A stretch of DNA of 64,000 nt from Oikopleura dioica (taxonomy: Eukaryota; Animalia; Chordata). The notes below the pieces were generated by a model. It had not been told where the DNA came from. It saw only the letters and a list, made by a program, of their open reading frames with translations, and ran no database searches. A program made the translations under genes and the position numbers. The DNA lies in contig OU015566.1 in assembly GCA_907165135.1 (NCBI GenBank), forward strand, positions 6,200,001-6,264,000. The letters run 5' to 3'. Shown here piece after piece: positions 55,080 through 64,000 of this stretch (the first letter of the stretch is position 1; the number at the start of each line of letters is the position of its first letter).

Positions 55080-56277
55080 TTAGTTGCCACATTTCATCTG
55101 CTTCAGTTTCCTGTTAACAAGCGCCTTTCTTTGGCGATGAATTGGGCTCAGAACCTTCGAAGGTTTTGCTTTTCTATCGGCCAAGCAGACGAAAGAGTCG
55201 GTGAAGGAGACGAGAGAGGCGAAAAGTCCTTGCAATTCTTCGCAAGCATTGTCGGAATCGACCGGTTTCACGAAAGTAGTGTGATCGTTTGAGCCAGCGG
55301 GGAAGGCGCACGCTTCATCGGAAGATAAGTCCTGAGAAAAAGGGTTGATATGTTATCGATTTCGATTTCGCGACTATTCTTTTAAATTTGACCAAGATAT
55401 TTCGCAAAATTATCGCAATATTTGTCCATTTTTGCCATCTAAAATAAACAATTTTCAAGAGAATACTTAGTTTTTAATTTATCTGACCCTTTCCTTAAGC
55501 CTTTTCATCGTATTCATGAAGAAATTGAATGAGTTGACCTTTCTTGTTCCGATTTTAGAGCCGATGCTGCCGTAGAAGTCGGAGATCTGGGTGGAAACTT
55601 CTGCGGCTTTCATTTCAATCTGGCGCCAAGCCAGGTCGTTTGGCAAATCGTTGATCTTGACTTCGGCTTCGTAGCCTCTCTTGGTAACCTTGTCGTCGGT
55701 GATGAAGCTTACTTGCGCAGTGTTTCCGGAGATGGTGTAGGTTGTCAGTGGATTTCCAGCGTAGGGCGGGTTTTCTTCGTTGGCATCGCCGCAGAAGTTC
55801 ACTACGACGCCGTCGCCGTCGATGATTTGGAGCCTGTCGCAGCTGCAACCGGTGCAAAGGTAGGGATCAGTCTCATGATCTGGGGCTCGATAGCTCCAGC
55901 TCTCGACGTTGAACGAATGGGCGATGATGCTGAAAGAGGTGACGGCGGGGTCAAGTTCGATCTCGTAGTGGCAGTTCAGGTTGTTGAGGTAGAGGGAACC
56001 CATTGCAGGGTTGCCGCTCATGGCGGGCGAAGCGAATCTTCGCTCATTTTCAATTCGATAGACTCCAGTGCAGACATCCGAGCCGTCCCAATATGGGCCA
56101 TCAGAATCGGAGCTGGAGCTGGAACTGGAACTGGAGTAGGCACTGGCAGCAGCAATTATATTTGCCAAAAGCTGAATAAAACAATTTTATCAAACTGCTT
56201 GAAATTAAGGAATCATCTTATAATAGAACCGCAAGAATCATTTTATTTTATGTTCATTCTCTATTTTTTACCTTCAT
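55080..56277 (-). CDS. Secreted CUB-domain protein
   Basis: MK|LLANIIAAASA signal, poly-Ser, YLNNLNCHYEI, CDRLQI, FCG, VSFITDDKVTKRGY; last exon ends KQMKCGN*. Confidence 0.85.
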
Positions 56278-56753
56278 TCTGAATCTCTCTTAAATCCTAT
56301 GAGTTTTTCCTTTGAAAAGTCTTTCTTTTTATTTCGGTTTTACTTCGGCGCCACCACTTGCGAAAGTACGGTGGCGCTACAGCCAGCAGAACGGAGTTTT
56401 CTTGAGTCCAGTGAGAGCAAGTGACTCTTGAAATTCATCCGCAATTGACTTGAATTACAGTAGACCTAGTAATTCCTCAACCCTCTTTTTGACGCGAAAG
56501 AAGCTAGCTCACCTGAACTCAGCTTATAAAGGTGGCAGGCTGCTCATGTTTCATGATAAATTGTCGTTATTCCCGTAAGCCAGATATCCCCGTTTTTCAT
56601 CGTTAGGTTAGGCTTTTACAATTGGCATCCGAGTAAGGGGGTCAGCTTCAGAAAGACCTAACTTAGAGATACGATTGGGAAGATACGACTTAGAGATTTG
56701 CGAAGGGACAGCGGATATAGCAAGCCAATCTCTTGAGAAGTGCGGTGCGGACC

Positions 56754-56806
56754 GAATCCTCGATTGGGAAGCGGCGAGTCAAAGTGACCTTCCCAATCGA
56801 GGATTC
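56754..56806. other. Perfect 18-bp stem hairpin
   Basis: GAATCCTCGATTGGGAAG - 17 nt - CTTCCCAATCGAGGATTC. Confidence 0.85.
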
Positions 56807-57337
56807 ACCACTGTACTGTAAATGAACAAGCGCTAGTCGCGGAATATAATAGAGCTTTTTAACATTTATACAAGTTGTAATGTTTCTTATTGGAGAGGCA
56901 AAGTCTTACTACAACAGATCATTCTAATCTGCATTTGTAAATGACAATTTTAGAATTCCACCGACAATAAAAAATAACAAGCATTTGAACTATGTCTTGT
57001 GCATTTTCGCGTTTCTGTTTGGCGTTTAAACACAGACTGCGAGGAGACAAGATTGCAGTTAAGTTTTAAAGTTTGTGGCGAATACAAACTCCAAGAGTCT
57101 GACGATTCGTAAGCCGAAACCGTTATGTTGAAACATGCTTACCCAACAGAAAGCGCAATTACAGCAATACCGAAAAACCCCGTTTTAAAAACAGTCAAAT
57201 AATGCTTTTTCTTCTTCGAATTCATCGAATTCAACTTGTTTAATCTAATTGCTTCGCAGTATTTTCCTTGAAGGAAATGCCGAAAGACTTCTTTTAGTTT
57301 TGAACTTGATCGTACCAGTACTTCTTCGTAGCTGGTA

Positions 57338-57671
57338 CAGACAAAACGGACAATTCCGGAACGGGCAATTCCGTAGATTTGAGGGAAATTGGAAAAATTT
57401 TGCAAGCGCACAATTCCGGATAGTTAAGACAAAAAATTCAACTTAGAGGCCTATTCTCTATATAGGGCCACCTTTTTCAAATAAAAAGGAAAAAAGAAAT
57501 CAGAGAAGGGTCAAAAAAGCCTTGTGCAGCACTAAAAAAGCCCATTTTCTGGTTGACACCCTTAAAAAGGCACTTCTGACGCAAAAAAAATTTCAAGTCG
57601 AGTTCGGACAATTCCGGAGATTTGGCGCTTTTTCCCGAAAAAAAAACTTCCGGAATTGTCCGTTTTGTCTG
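57338..57671. mobile_element. Tc1/mariner (pogo-like) MITE
   Basis: TA TSD; 24-bp perfect TIR CAGACAAAACGGACAATTCCGGAA. Confidence 0.88.
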
Positions 57672-59075
57672 TAAATAGAACGGTGTTTAACAAGATAACA
57701 CTGGTTAGTTTTAAACATTCATTATCGCATCTTAGTATAAATGCAGGAACGAGAGGTTCTTTGCAATTAAAAATGTCGAATAGAAGCAAAATTTACTTTT
57801 TCTTTTTTCTTTTTGCAGTTGTTTCGGCAGGGCCTTGGTCGAAAATGCTCGATTTTATTAACGAAGAGATCCATGATTGTTTTGATGGGTAAGCAACGGA
57901 TTTTGGGAGCAAGAGAAGGATGCAAAGGAGATCATCTTCTTTTGCCTAGGGCTTAATTTGTATTTCAGTTGGACGATACTGTCGAGAGGGGATTTGAGGC
58001 AACTCTGGTCCGCGTATGAAATTCTCCACGGAAAGAATTAATGGTCGAAATGGTTCAAAATCGGGTCAGCTTTTGCATTTTCTGTACTTTTCTTTGTTGA
58101 TTCGTAAAAATAAACCTCCTAAAACGTGAGAAACTGTATCGAACTTTGAGAATGTGTGTGTGCCTCAGGCAAGTGTCAAAAGTGTCATCTTCATCCTCGC
58201 CTGTTGCGAAGATCAGGTGATCTGATCCCAGTTCATTTCAATAACTTCAATACACTTTTCACTGGTTTATTCTGTGCGAAAATCTTCTCGGATAGGATCT
58301 TCATTTATCTAAGCAGCTTTTGTGGCGCACTTTTAACCTGCTTTTCTTTTTCTCGTTGTCTGGGATTCGCAAGATCCGTTTTTAGCGAGAAATAATATTG
58401 AGAAAAAAGTTGAAATCAAGGAAGAAAACTGACTGTTGTCTATTAATGATGTTGATTGTTTTCAAAGTTTTTGTGCTCTTTATTGGCTCTTGCTCTGGAT
58501 TTACTGTTGGCTTACAGTAAGTAGAGCTAAAACTTCGGTTTAAAAGTTTTCAAAGTCGTTTGACCCCGAAATAGGGGGTTGGGGGTTTGGGTAACATCTC
58601 AGCCTATCAGAAGTCAGTATTTTCTGCGTCAGCCAATCACACACGAAGAACCTCTCCCCCCTTTCAGGACCCAACTCCCCCCCCCTTCTCCAGCTTTTGC
58701 CCACCCTAGCTCCTAAAATGATCGCTTCTCAGCCAACTTTTCAGCCAACTGATGTCCGGGGATCAGAACGCTGTCCAAACCGCTTGGAATTCCAGAGAAA
58801 AGCCCACATATTATGGAGGAGCCTACTGGCCGTACAGTAACGATTCACCAGCTCTCCCCGAGAAAATAGAACGGCGAACATTTGCTTACAGCTCTCAACC
58901 ATACATTTTTATTCCAACATTATTCTAAATTTGCAGAGAGGAGAAAAATAACGAATGAACTTATTCGAAAAAAATACAGGTGTTTTTTTAACTTGATGAA
59001 CTGATAAAATGATAAATAAAGAACGCAATTTGTTCACTAGTATTTACAAGTTTTCTTTATAAAAGATAAGCGTTG

Positions 59076-62000
59076 CTATCGGATGTCATCTTGAGCTGAG
59101 CATGTGGCGCAGCATTTGGTTCGGAAGAAACTTTTTACGCAAAAGTCGAATCGCAGGACCATCGCACAGTAGGTTGTCTGAATAAGTGTATCTTCTTGAA
59201 AAAAATTAAAAAAAATTGTGCTAGCCCGAAAATCCATACACCTAGATTCTAGACGATTTTTAAAAATTAGGAACCATAATAAGGGACTCTCAAAAATAAG
59301 TTTAATCTTTAGACAACTATATTCTATGATGTCTATTCAACAGAACAGTTAATCCACGACTGGTTTCGCATGGAAAATGTGCCTATGTAACAGGCTATGT
59401 TACACCCCCTGATCTCAAGTTTGGACGGTCAGAAAATGCCTTTATTTTTCTCTAGATGGAGTAGAAAACAATAGAAAGCTATCCAGATTTGGGATCAGAG
59501 GGTGTATAATAATTTATTAATAATAAATATTTAAATTATACAGTTTTACTATTCAATAGTGCCTAAACTTACCTCAGGAGTATCAACACATGCATCATCA
59601 GGATTTGCGCCTTCAATCACCACCGGGTGGAGACATTTTCCCTTGCAAGTTTCCGAGCTGACAGGTTTCGTACTCATGTTGCATCGATAATTCGGCAAAA
59701 TGCGATCTTGAGAAGATTAAGCGCCTTTTTGCCCGATTTATTACCTCGAATATCGACACATTCGACATTTCTATGTCTCGATCCTGTTCCGCATTCTGAG
59801 TCGCACTTGAAAATTTGATGAGAGACAACAGTTCTAAAAACGCCCACCTCATTCCACTTTGACGTCCTCCATTGCGGGGCAGGGCAAGGTCGATGACAGC
59901 GCTTTCGTTTTGACGGCCTCAGAGCTTGATTGCACGAGCTCAGGTCCAAGTGCACCGTCGGGTCTGTCATGGAATTCAATTTGAAGGGGTGAAAGACCGT
60001 AAAAGAATGGTTCCATTCCTAAGCTATCAACGCAATTGACGTTTCGTGTTGTCCAGCCGGGTCTACCGCACGTCGGATTGCACTTATTTTCAAAGTTAAT
60101 TTTTTAAGAAATCAAAAGGCACTTACTTCTCCCCATTTGCTTACTGTCCAGATCGGTGGACAACGCTGAGTATTACAACTTTGGAAGTACTCTGGCTTGT
60201 CTGATTCACAATCCGTGTCAGCAACGAGCTCCTCTTCGTACTTATCCAGTCGTCGTTTGCAAACCACGGTTCTTAGTAGTATTATCAAATTAATATCAAG
60301 CCCTCTGAACTTGATTTACCGATGCTGAAATCCACCTCCGCAAGTTTGCGAACAAGGGAGCCACTTTGACATGTGCCAAACTGGAGCGCAGGGTTGATTG
60401 TTGCACGATTCGAGGAGAATATCCGGCTGGGTAGCACTTGGGCACATTTCTTGATCAACGATGTTTTCTGGCTCGGAAGGGGACGATTGAAAGTGACACA
60501 GGGGAATCTTTTCGCGATAGCCGCCACCACATTCTGACGAGCATTCCGTCCAGTTTCCGAATTTCCAACTGAAAAATCATTAGAGATTAAAGAATCCAGA
60601 ACCATAAGTGGATACTTTTAAAGAGGACTCAGTTTTTTCATACAACTTAAAAATTGATATTAAGTTCAAAGAGTGCCTCTTGAAGTGATTATCCAGACTA
60701 CCAAATCTTACCTCAGTGATCCGGCTGTTTTCTCCCTCTTAACTGGAACATAATAAGATACAGTTAGGTTTAACGAATACTGTCTCGGAACAACCCGAAT
60801 CCGCAGTGGTGCTTGCAGCGGACCGAAGCTGCTAACATCCCATGCTCTTGTCGCATCTTCATTCAAAAGAACTCTGAAATAAGAAGACGACACCGAGTCG
60901 TATTTGATCATCTTGTTCTCGCATGATTCGCATTTTTGAAAGTATTCTTTGCCAATGACTCGGTTTCCCATTCCGGTGTCGATCAAAATCAAATTCTTGT
61001 CTCCCTCTTTTTGGGCAATCTTTATGCTTGTCGCGTGGACAGGAATCGAGAAGTTGTCGATATCTTCGAAGGAAATCGGGAATTCGCTGTTGCAAGAATC
61101 AAGGTTTTCGTCTTCGTCGCATATTTCCGTCGTGTTTGGATAAACTTTGGCGAATTTCTTGGTGACGAGTTTGCAGGCTCGATTGTCGCCATTACAGACT
61201 CTTACAGAAGCTACAATTATGAAACCACAGATCACAATCTTGTTGGGTGTAGCGGAGTTAGGGTTAGGGTTAGGGCATTTAGGGGGACCGGGGCGAGGCA
61301 CCCTGGGTTAGACTAAGGGTTAAGGGCTGCCCGACTTATGAGTCATAAGTTATGACACCCTACTCCTCTTGTGTGTTTGAAGCTTTTCCTGCAATTATCA
61401 AACTTCTTATTTCCATTGAGTGATCTATCGCAGCCAATTTCTTCGCAACCGCCTCTTATGCATAAATTAAACTGCTCCGGGTCATTTGTACAGCGAGTTC
61501 CATCCACTACCTGCGGCGACAGTTCAAGAAAGAACCACGACTCGTCCTTTGAAATATTGATTTCTCGATTTCCAGAAACAAGTGTACCTTTGGTTTACAA
61601 GTGAGCGAACATGAAGGGCCATTGGAGGAAATGTGCGGGACCCAGTCGTAGAACTTCCCGGAGAATCTTTTGCTATCGTATCTTGAGCACTGTTTCGCGC
61701 GAAATGATGGCTCTTCTGGATCGCAATTCTGAGTGTTGCAGGTTCTACGATTCTCGATTTCTAGCTGTAATTCAAGATCTCTACCTGTAACGACGCCGCT
61801 CTCCTAGGCAGTATTTCCCTCCATACGCCGGCCGTGGTTTATCACAGCTTCTCATTTGGTAGCTCACTCCCACTCCACAGCTTCTAGTGCAATGAGACCA
61901 GCTACTCCAAGTATTCCAGCGACCATCAACAGGAATAGGCTGAAATCCATCAGGAACACATTCGCCTTTGTAGCACCATCCAGTTGCACCTTTGCTGACC

Positions 62001-63647
62001 TGGGGGTCGAGATATGATGGGTTGAGAATTCGACATGTTGTTCCCTGCGCTGCTGGAATGCCGTTTGTGATGCATTTCATGTTGGAATGATAGCAGTACA
62101 GCTGCATGCAGATATTTCCATGCATACAGTGTCGGCTGGATGGACCGTAGATGAAGCGGCACTAAAAAATTATGGGTTAAGGATAAATTAAAATCGAGCA
62201 TCTTGCAGCCAATCATAACCAAGTATGGTCAGGCTAAGCCAATCATAGACGAGCTACGCCCTTTCCTCCCACCCCATCTATTCCCTATTGTAAGAGCTAC
62301 CTGAGCATCAGCATCGAAATTCCGTCCAACAAGGCCCGACCTCCCATCATTGGTATACGCAAGTCCATTCATATTAATCGGGTTATTGAGAAGACAGTGT
62401 CCAGCACCCGAATCAAGAAAATTATTAATCGAGTATCGAGAGCACCTTGACCAGGAAAAAGGATACGCGCCGGAATTAATCTGCGGCGCCATGATTTGCT
62501 TGTCCACGTCTTTCGAGCAACTCTTCGAGCTGCCATCTTCGTAGCCGTCGTGGTGCATTCCGAAGTTGTGGCCCATTTCGTGGGCGATGATGAATGCACT
62601 TCCAAGGCCGACGTCCTGGTTGATGTTGCAGCTTTTCAACGGATTGCACATTCCGTTTCTATGGGCAATTCCAAGAGTGCCACAAGGAATGTTGTGCTGC
62701 GAGCAAATGTTGTACCCAGTCAGCAGGATCGCATTGTCATGATGGAGGATTCCAGAGTCATCAGCGACAACAGAATCGACGTTTTTCAAGTTTTGAAAGT
62801 TGCAAAATCCATGCAGCGAGTTTTCAGCGTGGTGGACTAGTTCGAGGGCTGGATTGTCTTCGACGAGGACGATGATTCGAACGAGAACGACCTTCACGCG
62901 GTTGCCCAGCGTCGGATCGGCGTACAATTCGGAGACAATGTGCATGATCGTTTGTGTGTACAAGTCCACGTACTCGCGCCCGTGGGTCATGACGACTCGT
63001 TTGTCTAGAGTGACCATTGCTTCGACGATGTTTTCATGCGACTCGATAAGGCCATATCGCCTCTGGCTGTTCAAAGATCTTCGTTTTCTTCTTCTTCTTG
63101 GAGGAGGTTCCTCTTCTTCGTCGACTACGCTACAGCTTTCGACGGCGCTTTCAAAGCCCTCAAGCTGCATAAAACTAGATTCCTTTTCGATCATCACGTG
63201 GGGATGCTCCTCATGGTCTTCCATCGTCACATTCCAGAGCGGCTCGAGAAAGTAATCTTTTTCTCTCAGCCTCATAAAACCCTGGAGGCCGTTGCAATTG
63301 CTTATCGCGATTTTTGAATCTTGATGCTCTTCATTTGAAAATCGACCGGAAAAGTGGCAGTGTTGGTGGCGATTTCCAAAAAAGCGCTCAGTAGAATTTG
63401 AACTTTCGAACTCTATCGTGAAATTGGGGTGGATGAAATCGTCTCGCCGGGAGAGCTCCATCCGATGCTCAAGTCCATCGATTTCGACTTGGTAATAAAT
63501 ATTTTTTGGGCTTTCTTCACTCTCTGAACTCGAATCTCTTTTTCTCCGACTTCTTCCGCTTCTGAGGACATTTTTTCTGACAACTTCGCCAAGCTCGTCG
63601 ATTTGGACCGGATGAATGATGTGAAACGAATCTGATCGCTTCAGCAA
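59076..63647 (-). CDS. ADAMTS metalloprotease, ADAMTS6/10-like; signal-peptide exon not located
   Basis: Prodomain, furin sites RRKR, HEMGHNFGMHHD, Met-turn IMAP, disintegrin-like, TSP1 (WSSWSHCTRSCG), Cys-rich, spacer, further TSP1 repeats, PLAC-like end CCATCS; subfamily assigned from memory of the CGTLG..GMC..SC.IN.D.GLGSAF motif. Confidence 0.92.
59401..59506. mobile_element. Mini-MITE in ADAMTS intron
   Basis: TACACCCCCTGATCTCAAGTTTGGA / TCCAGATTTGGGATCAGAGGGTGTA. Confidence 0.6.
61255..61365 (+). mobile_element. TTAGGG-rich element in ADAMTS intron 61201-61388
   Basis: GTTAGGGTTAGGGTTAGGG ... GGGCTGCCCGACTTATGA...ACACCCTACT. Confidence 0.55.
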
Positions 63648-64000
63648 ATCATCTAAAAAAGAAGGATCATTCTGCGAGACAGAATAAGAGAGCGAAGCTA
63701 CGGCTTTCCATTACACAAACACTCGAACTTTTCAACATCAATCTTCTCTGCCGATCTTTCCGGCGCGTCTAACTAAGATGAATCTATAATTAGAAGCCAA
63801 GGTTGCCAGTCAAGTTTTTTTTTTCAAGTCAATTCTATCATGAACTAAGCAGATGATTGTTAATTAAATCAGTAGTCTATTAGACAAGAAAATTTTTACC
63901 TTGCCGTTTTCGAATTTCATCGGAGTACGCGTCAATTACCAGAGCTAAGTTTGACCAAAGTTTTATTGCTGAAAATTTGGTCAAAAAACAAAATATAATT

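Noticed and set aside
58150-58500. Coding-like segment on the minus strand
   Set aside because: Stops in all frames tried and no consistent splice model
61255-61325. TTAGGG runs as a true or fused telomere
   Set aside because: Short, degenerate, dispersed and tied to element-specific termini
1-64000. rRNA, tRNA, snRNA or spliced-leader RNA genes
   Set aside because: None recognised by eye; an Infernal/tRNAscan-SE run would be needed to exclude them

Overview
Eukaryotic genomic DNA, most consistent with the larvacean tunicate Oikopleura (inference from very short introns, GA-AG introns, lineage-typical Cys-rich/kelch-like and CUB genes, and a Tor-like Ty3/gypsy element). Host genes: three single-domain CAP/SCP genes (+); one four-domain CAP gene (-); three sushi-like/serine protease paralogs; three copies of a type II membrane Cys-rich/kelch-like gene (one MULE-disrupted and truncated) plus a shorter relative; a CUB protein; an ADAMTS6/10-like protease; and a His/Met-rich small gene. 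A 38.9-52.3 kb tandem segmental duplication and many nested MITEs (hAT-, MULE-, Tc1/mariner-, TTAA-type and a TTAGGG-rich family) fill introns and intergenic space. The centrepiece is an intact, very young 7278-bp LTR retrotransposon (20677-27954). It has identical 412-bp LTRs, a CCCH rather than CCHC Gag finger, and gag and pol in one frame separated by a single UGA-CUA stop. After pol it carries three tightly coupled non-Env ORFs behind a retrovirus-like splice acceptor. Also notable is a TIR-bounded insertion that behaves as a newly gained GA-AG intron (Introner-like) in the four-domain CAP gene. All gene models and motifs were read by eye; no alignments or database searches were run.
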